DNA of 64,000 nt from Mobula hypostoma (GCF_963921235.1 NC_086108.1:31932001-31996000); one strand, 5' to 3'; shown: positions 49,504-63,055, numbered from the stretch's first letter. Program-made: numbers and translations. The notes: generated by a model from the letters alone, not told the origin.

Positions 49504-50065
49504 TACAGTGGCCACTTTATTAGGTGCAGGAGAGCACCTAAAAAAGTGGCCACAGGAGTGTAACTTGGTCTGGTCTCCTGCTGCTGAGCCCACCCGCTTT
49601 GAGGTTCGATGTACTGTGCATTCAGAGACGCTCTTCTGCACACCACGTTTGTAACACGTGGTTATCTGAGTTACTGTCGTCTTCCTGTCAACTTGAATCA
49701 GCCTGATCATTCTCCTCTGACTGCTCTCATTCTCAAGGCGTTTTTACCTACAGAACTGTCACTCACTGGACTTTCCCCCACACCATTCTCTGTAAACCAT
49801 AGAGATCGCTGTGTGTGAAAATCCCAGCAGATCAGCAGTTTCTGAATTACTCAAATCGCCCCATCTAGCACCAACAATCATTCCACAGTCAAAGTCACTT
49901 TTCTTCCCCATTCTGATGTCTGGTCTGAACAATAATTGAACCTCTTGACCATGTCTGCATGCTTTGATGCGTTGAGTTGCTGTCACATGCTTGGCTGATT
50001 AGATATTTGCATTAACAAGGTGCACAGGTGTACAGGTGCACCTTGTGAAGTGGCCACTGTGTGTA
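49504..50065 (-). mobile_element. Tc1-like non-autonomous DNA transposon with N-terminal transposase remnant
   Basis: Ends CAGTGGCCACTT / AAGTGGCCACTG; MGKKSDFDCGMIVGARW...SETADLLGFSHTAISMVYREW, DRKTTVTQITTCY...SVSECTVHRT. Confidence 0.88.
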
Positions 50066-50124
50066 TATTGACGTCCTTTCATCATAACTGAGTTGAGATC
50101 TGGGGCATCTCTCCCCAACTCAGC

Positions 50125-50920
50125 ATAAGACCATAAGATATTGGAGCAGAATTAGGCCATTTGACCCATTGAGTCTGCTCTGCTATTTCATCATGGCTGA
50201 TCCATTTTTCCTCTCAATCCCAGTCTGCTGTCTTCCTGTGCCCCACCCCATCCCCATCTTTTCATGCCCTGACCAATCAAGAATCTATCGACCACTGCCT
50301 TAAGCATACATAAAGATTTGCCCTCTATGGCTGCCTGTGGCAACAAATTCCACAGATTCTCTACTCTATGCTTAAAGAAAGTCTTCTTCACCTCCATTCT
50401 AAATGGACGCCCCTCTATTCTGAGGCTGTGTCCTTTAGTCTTAGACTTTCCCATCATAGGAAACATCCTCTCCACATCCACTCTGTCAAAGCCTTTCACC
50501 ATTTGATAGTTTCAATTAGGTCACCCCGCATTCTGAATTCCAGTGAATACAGGCCCAGAGCCATCAAACGCTCTTCATAAATGGTTTAATCCTGGAGTCA
50601 TTTTCATGAACCTCCTTTGAACCCTCTACAGTTTCAGCACATATTTTCTTAGATAAGGGGCCCAAAACTGCTCACAATTCTCTGTGAAGCCTTACCAGTG
50701 CTTTATGAAGTGTCGACATTACATCTTTGCTTTTATATTCCAGTCCTCTTGAAACGAATGTTAGCATTGCATTTGCCTTCCTCACCACAGACTCAACCTG
50801 AAAATTAACCTTTAGAGAATCCTGCACAGGGACTCCCAAATCCCTTTGCACCTCAATTTTTTGTAATTTCTCTCCATTTAGAAAATAGTCAACCCTTTCA
50901 TTTCTTCCACCAAAGTGTAG
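50125..50920 (-). mobile_element. CR1 3' fragment
   Basis: LHFGGRNE...QRDLGV, GFDRVDVERMFP, TKGHSLRIEG, RVENLWNLLPQ; (TCTTATGG)n tail. Confidence 0.9.
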
Positions 50921-51244
50921 GACTGCAGTCACTCGCCTCTGCCCTCTCCTCATAGTAAGGAGATGAGTAATAATGTGGTCTTTTCCATCGGCAAGGTAAC
51001 TCCAAGGATAAATATAATAACCTAACTATTCCCTTTGACATTGCATTGTATATTTTTCAGACTGCAAGAACCCGTGTAAATTTAACCAGTTGGAAAGTCC
51101 TATTCCAGTTCTTCGGAAGGTCAATTAATCTGAAACTTTAACTGTTTCTCTCTCCAGAGATCTGAGCTTCTCAATGTTCCCAGCATTTTCTGTTTATATT
51201 TCTGGAAGGCGCATTGAGATTTATGCAGATCCTAAATAAAATAA

Positions 51245-51930
51245 TACAGCACATGAGTTGCTGAAGAACTCTGCAGGGCAGGCAGCATCTATGGAGGGAA
51301 AAGGAGAGCCATTACTTCAGGTTGAGACCCTTCACCTGGACTGGAAAGAAAGAGGAGATGTAGCCAGTACAGAAAGGTGAGGGAAGGGTGAAGCAAGAGC
51401 TGGAAGGTGATAAATGGATCCAGGTGAGGGGGTGATAGGTAGATGTGTAAGGGGAGAGTGGTAATGGTGGTAGAAGCTGGGGGTGATACTTGGAAGGGAA
51501 AATTGGTCGAAAGATGATGAAATTCAATAGCAGAGGACAGTGGTGAATGAAACAGATGGAGGAAGGGCAGAGTGGAAAAGTGGGGGTGAGGGGCAGCAGG
51601 AGACTCGTGGAAGGAGTGTTTCCCTCCTCTTCTACTTCCCACCTTCCTCCCAGCTTCTAATGTCAATCACACCTTCTCCTCCCCATCAGCCTATCAATTG
51701 CACCCCCCGCCCCCGCCACCCGGATCCATTTATCTCCTATCGCGCATTATTGTGAGGAGATTAATTCTTGGTCCACCCCTTCCCTCCACTTTTTTGTATA
51801 GGCAACCTCCCCTTTGTCTTTCAGTCCAGACGATGGGCCTTGATCCATAATGTTTCCCTCCACGGATGCTGACTGACACCCTGAGTTCCTCCAGTGTCCC
51901 GTCTGTGGCTCCAGATTCCAACATTTGCAG
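51245..51930. mobile_element. Divergently oriented pair of Penelope 3' UTR/tail copies
   Basis: 51245-51610 purine-rich with minus-strand CAGTCCAGGTGAAGGGTCTCAACCTGAAG; 51620-51930 pyrimidine-rich with CAGTCCAGACGATGGG...GATGCTG...CTGAGTTCCTCCAG. Confidence 0.75.
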
Positions 51931-52465
51931 CTTAAACAAAATGGTGTTTGTATCTGTTTCACTGATTTCTGGGGCTCACTCCAGAAACACTTACTATTCA
52001 GAAAGAAGCATGCCATCAAGCTGCACAACTGACACTTCCCTTTTTACTCCTGCAAGCAGATGTTGCTTGTTTACATTAAATCGTCTGTTTCAATATCCCT
52101 TCAACCTCTTACTCTTCCTCAATCTATTCATTTGAAAGGGAGGTTGTGCTTTAACCACCACTTGTCTCTTAAAAACAAAACTTCAATGCATAGAATTGAT
52201 CTCCACAAAATAATGCTGCAGGAAGTTCCTCTCTAGCATTTAAGACTTGCTGGATAGCTGTATCAAACATTTTTTTACTAGTGTGTTCCTTCCCTCAGAC
52301 TTGACCTAAAGCCACGTATTACGGAGGCTCTGTATTCTGAACATTTTGTAAGTGCTACTCTCTGGAGTGTAAGAATGTTCAATTGCAGTGCTGTGCTACA
52401 AGGAATGTGAAAAGCCAGAGCCAACGGCAGGAAAGGGTCAACATTCCTGGATGCTGGGAGGTGAG

Positions 52466-52668
52466 CTATGTTCCCTCTAATATTTTTTACAGCTGCGCCG
52501 ACAAACCATTGCTCTGAGCAGGAAAATTTTACACAGCATGAAAACCATACAGCACTTTAAATTAACATTATATACAGTAAAAGAAAATTCCAGCTGCACA
52601 GCAACAAAGGGTATGTGCACGGGAGCATTTCAGTTACTGCGTAGCCGTGCACTCTAGAGGGAACAGTG
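52466..52668. mobile_element. hAT-type MITE, 203 bp
   Basis: TIRs CTATGTTCCCTCTA / TAGAGGGAACAGTG; perfect 8-bp TSD GAGGTGAG (52458-65, 52669-76). Confidence 0.92.
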
Positions 52669-54866
52669 GAGGTGAGCATATATTTCCAATATTTTGCAAC
52701 ACACTGCTTCCCAGTTTATTATTATTCTGCCGTGGCCTTGTAAATAAATATGAAATGTAAAATATATTCCTTCTTCCCTGCCCTTTTCCCCTCCCCGCAG
52801 CTGGCTCGTGCAGCGTGCCCAGCATTACCTGGTTGCAGAGTTTGACAAAATGCTGAGAAGAGCTTCTAGTGGGAGCTCTGTGTGCACCTGGCTGATTGGT
52901 GGTGGACGGGAAAGGGTTTAACACCGGGGACCAGCAGGGAGTGTCCACAGGCAGGGAGTCAGGGAGACCAGCGTGGATTTCATCTGGGCAGCCGCTTCTT
53001 ATTAAACATACCTTGCATGGCCTGCTGTACGTGCAGCTCCCGGCTGTACTGCTTGAGTGTCGGCTCTGACACTGTGGTACAGAATACTTGCTTCATTTCT
53101 CTCTAACACATGCATACAAAGGTGCACTGTCTCTAGGGTGTGCGTTGCTTGCTCTTTTATGTCCAATCCATGCAACAACACTCAAATAATTTACCCAAAG
53201 GAAATGAATCTATAAAGCAGACTTTCAGAGTTGTTTGATTCACCTCCCAGTTCTATTCTGCCTGTTCTCATGACACCCGTTGCTGCCTAAATAGAAACAA
53301 GCACAACTTTGCTTACATCACCGTTTCGAATGCGGTTTGAGTTTCTTTCTCGGTGTGTGCACCCTGATCTGACGAATGTTTCCAGCCTGGGTCTGTTGCT
53401 TCGTTAGGTCACAACAATTCTTGTCCTTCTTGCTGCCTGCTGGTTTCAGGCACAGCCTCATGGTCTGCTGTAGTGAAGCAGCAAAAACAAAACCTAAATT
53501 AGAATTGAGAAAAGTGCATGTTAAGGGAAGATTTTCACCAAAATGGAATACTTTCTGGTGAGATACAGATGCAAGTGATTAGAAATGAGATATTCAAAGG
53601 ATTAAGTTGTGAGAATGGGTTTTAAGCTTATTAGGTTGAGGATGCTTAAGACAATTAAGAAACTTCATAGGCTGGATAAAAACTGTTTTATCATCTGGTC
53701 TGAAGTTCAAATTAGGCAATATTGAAATGAAAAGGCTGTACATTTCGAATCTGCTGTCCCAAGAGGTTGTGGCGGTTAAGCCTGTTTTAATTTGGGCAGA
53801 CATTGTTTGGGGGTGGTTTGGGGAATGTGGAACCAGGGTGGATAGAACAGGCTGAGCTGTAGATCCCATGTGGTTTAATTTAACAGGGCTCTAGGCTGAA
53901 TAGCCCCACATTAGAACCATTTTATGTATCAATCTGAACAGATCAAATCTTTGTTCATGTATTGAAAGAGCAGCACAGCACTATTTACTCTTCCCTACGC
54001 AGACAGATGTGCAGTTTACACAAGTGTTATACACTGCATAGTTTAGTTTTGTAATTTCTACAGGAAAAATCTCACAACTGCACTTTACCTTGGCTAACAA
54101 ACGTCAATCACCATTCAGAAACCAAGAAGGGACTTGAACCGTAAAAAAAACTCGCAGATGTAGGTTTTATATTACTAGCAAATGCACAAAACATTTAATG
54201 TTCACACACGTACATTAAGTGACTCTTATTCATACTGAGTGTTGTCCTTAATACACGCAGTCAATAAGAATAAGAGTCTTAATCTTATTCTTATTGAACA
54301 AAAATGACTTGTTTACTTCTCAAATGCAATTTACAAGTTGGTAAGACAATAATTAGTAATTGTGGATTTCCAGTTCATGGTTACTGAATTTGGCCACATT
54401 GATTTCATATACAGATTATTCAGTGAAACTGCTCTGTCACCTTATCAGATACGAATTGCATCTGTTCCGATTTACCTGGTGTTACCTTCTCCTCCTTCCA
54501 AGATAAGGCTAATACATACTCCAACTGAGAAACAACCAGTTGTTTCTTACCAATGTTAGAATTATGAGAGGGATTAAATTAGCCCGTGAAAGCCTTCTCG
54601 CAGTCAACTCATATTTATCCTTAAGCCAATGTAAAACACTAGCTATTAATATTCTGCATTTTTATTGTTCTGAGCTTAATTTGGCATCTGTAGATCTTGA
54701 GAGAACAAGAAGTTACACAAAACTCAGACATAAAGACGTGCGAGGTACTCTCTCTTGACACTGACAGAATTTGGCCCTAAAATTACATTTCCATTCACAC
54801 TTGTTGGAGGCATTGGTAAATATTCCTGTTACTGGACAAATCTTTTCAGTGTGACTCAGAAAGACA

Positions 54867-55350
54867 TACACTCAATGGCCACTTTATTAGGTATACCTGT
54901 TTGTGAATACACATATCTAGTCAGCCAGTCATGTAACAGCAACTCAATACAGTAAAGCATGCAGACATGGTCAAGAGGTTCATATGTAATTCAGACCAAA
55001 TATCAGAAATGTGATCTCAGTGACTTTGACTGTGGAATGATTGCTTGTGCCAGACGGGTTAGCTTGAGGATCTCAGAAATTGCTGATCTCCTCAGATTTT
55101 CATGTCCATAGAGTTTGCAGAAAAATGGTGTGATGAACAAAATATAGACAGTGATGGCAGCTCTGTAGGCAAAAATGCCTTGTTCGTAAAAGAGGTCAGA
55201 AGAGAATTGCCATACTGATTCAAACTGATAAGAAGGAGAAAGTAATTTAAATAACCATGTGTTGCAATAGCAGTGTGCAGAAGAGCATCTCTGAATGCAC
55301 GACATAGCAAACCTTGAAGTGGATGGGCCAAAGCAGCAGAAGGCCACAAA
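54867..55350 (+). mobile_element. Tc1-like remnant (family of 49504-50065), right end lost
   Basis: TACACTCAATGGCCACTTTATTAGGTA end; CDLSDFDCGMIACARRVSLRISEIADLLRFS, KSISECTT. Confidence 0.85.
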
Positions 55351-55354
55351 CTCC

Positions 55355-55645
55355 AGGTGGAACAGACCCTCCAGCCCAACAAGCTACACAGCCCAGCAAC
55401 CCACCTACTTAATCACAGGATAATTTACAATGACCAATCAATCACAGGATAATTTACAATGACCAGTTAAGCTACTAATTGTTGCATCTTTGGAAAGTGG
55501 GAAGAAACTGGAGCACCCAGAGGAATACCATGCGCTCACGGGAAGGACGTACAAGATCCTTATGGACAGTGTCAGAATTGAACTCCAAGCTCTGACGCCC
55601 TGAGCTATAATAGCATCAGGCTAATCACCACATTACCATGGTGTC
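55355..55645 (-). mobile_element. tRNA-derived V-core-type SINE with internal ~26-bp duplication
   Basis: AATCACAGGATAATTTACAATGACCA twice; TTTGGAAAGTGGGAAGAAACTGGAGCACCC core. Confidence 0.8.
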
Positions 55646-56899
55646 CCAGACTAAACTGTATACTTTACAGAGAAAGAAGACCCTTGTGAAACACATCTGC
55701 CAATTTGTGTACAGAGATCCCAAAAGCAATGACCAGATCATATTTTTCATGATAAATGAGAAACTAGCCCATTAATAATTCTGTTAATAGTTCCATGGGA
55801 TCGCTTAGATCCACTTGAAAGAGCAATTGGGGCCCTTTTAAGTATGTCATCCAAAAGCACTGCCCAGTGTTACCAGGCTTAAGTTTTTAAGATCATGTCC
55901 CTAAATGGGACCAGTCTTTTGACAATTGCAAGCTTTTAAACTCCACAAGCCCAACAGTAAAAATGTTGGATAATTGTTCAGAAAAACTGATTTTAAAAAG
56001 GTCAGAAAGCAAAGAAAGAAAGGGAAAGTGAATCCAGGAAACAAAACCAGCAATGAATTTTTAAAGCTGTTTATTTTGGGGGTATTACAGAGCCAGCTGT
56101 GAAGTCTGAGCAGTTTTATTACTGTTATTTCAGTGTCAGCTAAGCATGAGCTATACCTTCCTAGCAAGCTTATAAACCTAGGAGATTTTTTCACTTTTAA
56201 TGGTAAATGTATTTGTGATATTTGGAGCCATTTGATTATTTTTGAAGCAAGTTGCTGAAATACATTGATCATTTAAGTTATTTTCATTAAACCTTTCACA
56301 TTGTGTCACCTCAATGAGATAAAATCAAAGTATCCAACTATTGTGAAACTGAAAACTTATTTAGAAAAATATGGTTTCCAACAAATGAATTTTGATGTAG
56401 GGAAGTTTTGAGTGCAAGCTGTCAATCTCTCAATTCCACAAGCAAATATAGCACCCATGAATAGTATTTCAAAAGGTGTGCAATGAATGGTTACCTGGTC
56501 AAAAACGGGAACTTCCCAAATAATGGCACCTAAGGCGCTGCCCAGCTCTGTCTTTGCCTGGATACTTGCAGGTGGACAGTAAACATCAATTTTGCCAGCA
56601 ATGCGCGAAGGTGAGAAGAGTCAGGAATCTCCACAGCTTCAGTAGAGATCTGCCACATTTCTGCCTCACGCTCTTCAGTTTATGTCCAGCTGCTGCCCTC
56701 ACCCTTTGGAAAGTGGAAATATTTTGCACAGCGCCTGACAGCAATGGTCATTTTTAACTCCAGGTTGCAAGCCATCTCGGTTCACCTTCCCACACTGAAT
56801 TGTCTGTGCCCAGCCTCCTCAACTTCCAGGGTGAGGCCAAGTTCCATTAGAGCAACATTATCTTATAAAACTATTGGGTTATAAAATAGCCAGCTTCTG

Positions 56900-58887
56900 C
56901 CTGGGATGTGCTGGAACTTTTGAAAAACTTTAGCATGGATAAGTCCCCGGAACCAGATGGGATATATCCCAGGTTAGTACAAGGAGCAAGGGAAGATATT
57001 GCTGTGCCTTTGGTAATGATCTTTGCATCCACACAGGCCACAGGAGAAATGCTAGACAATTGGAAGGTGGCAGGTGTTATTCTTTTGTTCAATAAAAGTA
57101 ATAAAGGTAACCCTGGGAATGATGTCTGACGTCAGTGATGGGCAAACTCTTGAAGAGGGTTGTCAGACACAGGATTAATGAGTATTTGCAGAAGCATAGT
57201 CTGATTAGAGATAGTCAACATGGCTTTGTTAGGGGCAAATCATTCCTCACGAGCCTGGTAGAATTCTTTGAGAAAGTAACTGACCATATTGATGAAGGTT
57301 GAGCAGCAGATATGGTGTATAAGGATTTTAGTAAGACATTTTACAAGGTTCCCCATGGTAGGTTCATTCGGAAAGTCAAGAGGCATGGGACCCAGGGAAA
57401 TTTGGCTGCATGGATTCAGAATTTATAAAGGCAGAATGCAGGGTTATTGGCGGGATCAGAGGGATCTTCGGGTTCACGTCTATTGATCCCTTTCTTAGTC
57501 AAGATGGTACCAAGCTGCCATCTCTATTGAGACCGTGGCTCAGACAGCTTCTTAAGTTTACAGGGAATGTTTTAGGGGTAGAGAGGGGAGTTTAGGGTGA
57601 GGGCTATGGGGTTGGTTACAGTTAAGATTGGGCTTTAGGGGCAGGGATGTGGAGAAGTTAGATTTCAGGCATCCGCTCTGCACTTCAGGTTCGAAGTCCA
57701 TCCACAGTCTAGGCCTTTGCAATAGCTAGCAATGTGGGCCTTGCTGTTCCAGTCCATTATCAAAGGCCAACAACTTGGACAGGTTACGAAGGACATCCAT
57801 GGATTTCAAGCTGCCCCAGTTTGGTGGTTCTGAGGATTGGGTATCTGTGTGATCAGGAGGCTCAAAGAGACCCAAGGACCAATGAATTAGCATGCCTGGA
57901 GTTCAGGTTCCCGTCACCGGCTAGTCCAGGGATTGATACCAAAGATCAATCGGACATCTAGAAGTCAGAGTCTGATAGCCAAAGCCTGAATACTGAAGGC
58001 CTGTCTGAGTGTGTGTGAGTGGGTGGGTGGGAGGGAGAGAAGGGGCTTGATCTGCTGTTGTTGTTTTGTTGCTTTTTGTGTTCTGTTTTGTTCTGCCGAT
58101 CATTGTGGGCATGCTATGTAAGCACCAAAATGTGTTGGGACACCTGGACATCCTTAGGTGTGTTGGTTGTTAATGCAAACAACACATTTCACTGTATGTT
58201 AATTTACTGTACATGTGGCAAATAAATCTGAATCTGAATCCCTCTTTGTTGCAGTGCAAGTTGATAGGGTGGTTAAGAAGGCATGCAGTGTGTTAGCTTT
58301 CCCTGAATTCAAAAGCCACAAGGTAATGTTGCTCTGTAAGTCTGGTTACATCACACTTTGAGTATTGTGCTCAGTTCTGGTCACCTCATTATAGGAAGGA
58401 TGTGGAAGATTTAGAAAGGGTGCAGATGAGATTTACCAGGATGCCGCCTGGATTAGAGAACATGTTTTATGAAGACAGGATGAGCAAACTAGGGCTTTTT
58501 TCTTTGGAGAGAAGAAGAATGAGTGGTGACTTGATAGAGATGTACAAGGTGATAAGAGGTATAGATAGTGTGGACACCCAGTGACTTTTTTCCAGGATGG
58601 AAATGGCTAATACAAGGGCTCATCACTTCAAGGTGATTGGAAGAAAGTATAGGGGGGATGTCAGAGATAGGTGCTTTTACAGAGAGTGTGGAATGTGCAG
58701 TCAGGGGTGGTGGTACGGCCAGATACATTTGTGACATTTAAGATACTCTTAAGATAGGCATATGGCTGTAAGAAAAATGGGGGGCAATTTTTGAGGGAAG
58801 GGTGAGATTGATCTTGGAGTAGGTTAGAGGGTTGGCACAACATTGTGGGCCGAAGGGCCTGTACTGTGCGGTATTATTCTATGCTCT
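56900..58887 (+). mobile_element. CR1 LINE fragment, internally deleted, itself interrupted at ~57492-58237
   Basis: DKSPEPDGIYPRL, SQHGFVRG, DFSKTF, EYCAQFWSPHYRKDVEDLERVQMRFTRM; CR1 tail. Confidence 0.9.
57492..58237 (+). mobile_element. Non-coding retroposon with AATAAA(TCTGAA)n tail inserted in the CR1
   Basis: Interrupts CR1 at ATCCCT, which is present on both sides; GT-rich 3' part; no RT ORF. Confidence 0.65.
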
Positions 58888-61379
58888 AACATAATAGTGT
58901 GAAGACTGGATTTTCCAGTTTCTGAAAATCTGCACTCACTGTGTTCCTTCCTCTCTCCTTCAGCTTCTCCACCCACTGCTCCCATCTTCCACCTGGTTTT
59001 ATCTGCCTTAACGTACTGGGTCTCCTAGCCCTTCCCCCAACTGGTTCCCTCACCCCCTCACCTGGTTTCACTCATCACCTTCTTTACCTGGCAGATTCCA
59101 GCACCTGCAGCCTCTTGCATCTTCACTTACCACCTTCCAGCCTCTACCTCTGCATTCACCCTGCCTCACCTGTGCAGCTCCTTCTGCTATCCTTTTTATC
59201 TTTCTGTCATCTGTTTCCACTCATCACCCATGAATCGTCCTCTCCCCCGCCTCCTACCAGGATGTTCATCATTCCCCTCCTCACCTGGTTCCACTTACTA
59301 CCTGCCAGTCCAAGTCTCATCTTACTCCCTCCTCATTATACCAGCTATCACTCCTCTACACTCTTCGTCCTGATGCAAGGCCACGACCATGAATATTGTC
59401 CCTCCCCCTGCCTCCACAGACACTGCCTAACTCACTGAGTTCCTCCAGCAGTTTGCTTTTTGCATGTTAGTAAAGAACTCTGATCCTTTCACATCCGACC
59501 TCCTGTTCTCCACATTTGTCCTCTCAGCTTCACATAAGCTGATACAAGAGGAGCAACCCTTTCTCTTTCAATGTTTCCGACCATCATGGACATCTAACAA
59601 TAGGTCAGAGTCCTTTGATGACAGCCAGAAGAACCTTAGGGTGGTCTGAGGGCTTACCTGAGGAACTAGTGTCTGGGGCCCTGTGGTCATTCACGCCACC
59701 TTCAGCTTTATGTTTCCATTTATCTCTTCGACCGGACTTCCATAATGAACAGGTTAGTGTGGGTGGCTGGAAACCAAGGGGCCAAAAGGCAGAACTCATG
59801 ATAATCCAGTCCACTGAATTCATAACAATCATCCCATGACCATGTTTGGCTTTAATTACTGTTAATTTTCTTGAGAGATGCAACTTCCTTATTTTTTAAC
59901 ATCTCTGATGAAGAAAGTAATGAGTAGCTAAGATTTTTGACCTTTTTAGTTCTGAAATGAAGAAACAACTCAAATGGCCACATTCACTTAGCTTCAACAC
60001 AGTGTTCCATTGGCAGCCTGTCCAGTTACTGTTAGAATTGGTGCTAACAACAGCTTCAGGTTTTCAGTCTAGAGCACAGACAGTTATTCACATGAACTTC
60101 CCACCGGTCACAATATTTAACACTTCATTGAAAGTTAAAAGAAGTTCAGTAACGTCTTTCTATATTGGACCATTAACAGGTTTAGGACATTGCAAAGCAC
60201 TTTTGGGAATAAAATTATTTTTGAAGTTGTGATGCAGAAAACGTTGCCATTAATTTGTGCAGAGCAAGCTTCCACATATAGCAGAACAATAATCAGCAGA
60301 CAATTTCCTTTACCAATGTGAATGTGAATGATGCATTTGGCAGCTGAACATCTTTCCCTGGTCATTCAGTGAAGCTCTGTTGTGTCAGTCTGTGAATTGA
60401 TGCTCACAACACTGGAGAGGGATGTGACCTGAGGGATGTGAATCTTCCATGAGAGGCTAGAAAGAAAGGTAATAAACTCGGTGCACTCCCAGGTGTAACT
60501 GAGTTGAAGTGGATATTGTTGCTTGACTAACATTCATTGGTATCAGACCAGTTAGCGATTATTGGCTTTATTCCAAGAATTTGAAAAAAAATGAAATTGG
60601 AGCTAAAATTGGCTCTGGTCCAATCATCCATTATGTCTTCAATGTGATGCACCACCTTTCACCTTCCACCACTGCCATCTGAGACACGGCCATTATTAAC
60701 TAATGATCTAATGCTGTACTTTGGCATGTGATTGCTAAAATTAGTTTCTTGAAACTTGTATACAGAATTAATACTACAATGCATATATTGGGAAACAAAG
60801 TGGAGAATTTTTCTCAATTCCATGAAGAATAAAAATGAAACATTTGATTCCTCTTCTGACACTATATTTGGGAAAATAGGGAGGAAGCGCTGATTGTCTT
60901 CTAACGTGAAACTGGATCATTCCTAAGCGGTGTCGCTCATTCTGTATTGTGTGGCTGAGCTGTGCCGCTGATTTTGTTTTGTGTGCCTAACCCATGCCTA
61001 CTCATGGGTTAGAGATTCGACCAAGATCTTCACACAGATTCTGTAGGGGTGTGCTGTGAATGCTTCCCTGCAGCTCCCAACATTACTGCCGCCTGATGTA
61101 CCAACTGGGCCACTCCCTCATGTCAGGAGCTCTTTAAATGGCATTCTCCGCAAAGTCACACAGTACTTGCCTCGGCTGCCTGTGAAATTGATTATTTAGA
61201 AGGACTGTAGGGAGAACGAATATTTTTAACCATTTCTTTCCCCACTTACTGAACCACCTTATACTTGTGGCTGTGCCCACAGCACCCCTGTACTGGGTGT
61301 TATGGAGAACATAAATCCAAAGAAAGATGCTTCAGTGCCTCTTTCTTAGAAGGTGGTTGTTTTGCCACAGCACTGAACA

Positions 61380-61925
61380 CACTAACAAACTTCCATAGAT
61401 GTTCTGTTAAAGATTTCCTGACTGGTTGCATCATGGTCTGATACAGCAATTTAAATGTGCAGCAACATGTAAAGCTGTAGAAAGTGCTGGACTCTGTTCA
61501 ATACATTACAGGAACATCCCTCCCCACCATCAAAAGCATATACATGAGGTGCCGTCTCATGAAGGCAGCATCTATCATCAAAAATCCCCACTATCTGGGC
61601 TATACCATCTTTTTGCAGCTACCATTGGGCAGGAGGTTCAGAAGCCTGGAGTCCCATTCCACCAGATTCGAGAACAGCTACTTCCCTTCAACTGTTCTGC
61701 TCTTGAACAACCTGCTCAACCCTATCAGTACCTCAGTCTAGCAACACTATCACCTCTTTGAACTACAATGAAGTGCTTTAAAGTCCTGTGTTGTATAATT
61801 TTGTGTAACTTATATTTAATTTATGCTTTTCTGAATATTCTGTGTTTAATACTATGTACCTATTAAGCTAGCGCAAGTAAGTTTTTGGTGCCATGCATAC
61901 ATATCAATGCATATGACAATAAACT
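61380..61925 (+). mobile_element. Rex1/Babar-type LINE 3' fragment
   Basis: QYITGTSLPTIKSIY...KAASIIKNPHYLG...LPLGRRFRSL..HSTRFENSYFPST. Confidence 0.85.
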
Positions 61926-63055
61926 CAGCACAAGGACAGTTTAATAGCCTCCAGGAGTGATTCACCCTGCATGGGAAATTTCCTTACAAGCTCTGCCTCT
62001 TTGAATTGTATCTCATTAACCTGTTAAAGGTCAACTGGTCATTCTGTACACACACTGCAACTGATCACTCTAAATCTACTGGAAGGAAGGGACAACTTCC
62101 TCACCTTTCTACATTGGTTCTGATTTCAACCGGGACATGACAGCAGATGCTGTCAAACTGTGATCTCAGCCCTGCACTTGGGAAGCCCATGGCCAAGGTG
62201 GGATAGTGTGCTCAGTGGCTTGTCACTCTCATTTTCTGTATTTCCTGCACTTTTGATGGTCAATGTTTTATCCACTTGCTCTGTTCAGCACATTTTGGTT
62301 TGAACCATGCTCCGTGTCACAACTTCGATATTCCAAAGTTACTGATTATCACAAACTCCCAACTCCTGCAGGCCCTTAGAGAACACAATCCTTCAGATTC
62401 ATGACGAAGGTTAGGACCATAGGAAGTGATTGTAGATGAGGTCTACTACAGCTTAAGTGCTGGATTTCAACCTTCTTCATTGGGTCGTTGATACACAAAT
62501 AGCACAGGGAGGTGATTATGGGCAGCTTCATTTCCATAAACTTTCTCCCTACCTGCATGGGGTGCCCTCAAGAGAATCTCAGCACAATCGTATTGGTCCT
62601 CAACAAAATATCAATGACTTCTCCAGTGCCGATTTGCAAGCTCTCTTCCTCTGCTGCCTGCCATTCCTGCTCCTCCATTCCCCACTACTAACCCCTGTTC
62701 AAGGGTGCCAAGCAAAGGCTGTGGTCACCTGACGGAAGTACTAGAAATGGCAGCGTGGAGCAACGTGTGTGCGACACCCCTTGGCATAGGAATGTCATCT
62801 CTGGAACTAGGGTGGCATTCCCCACACGGTTTCACGGTACCACTATGGGAATTATTAGAATAGAACTCTGTTGGAGCCGGTGATGGAAGAGATAGTCATA
62901 ATTCCCTGAAGCCCAGCTCCTCTGTGCTGAGTAGTGGTTGAAAGATGGCAGGTGACAGTCTGCTTGAGAAAACAGTCCTTGCATTTCATCGAGAGTAGTG
63001 AGTTGTGAAGTGGCTCTCGAAACATCATGGATCTTCAGGAAGCAATCTATGCACT

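Larger units (their letters stand above)
56700..59465 (+). mobile_element. Old Penelope-like 3' part (GIY-YIG end, UTR, tail) split by a CR1
   Basis: 56720-56880 resembles 7045-7215 (VASH...SHTELSV.SLL...LEQHYLI); resumes ~58890 with GFSSF*, pyrimidine-rich UTR and GTCCTGATGCAAGG tail at ~59368. Confidence 0.7.

Noticed and set aside
57565..57645. Telomere-like TTAGGG words
   Set aside because: Only a few scattered degenerate units inside a retroposon; not an interstitial telomeric array
58941..59438. 165-aa Pro/Leu/Ser/His-rich ORF
   Set aside because: Low-complexity Penelope 3' UTR
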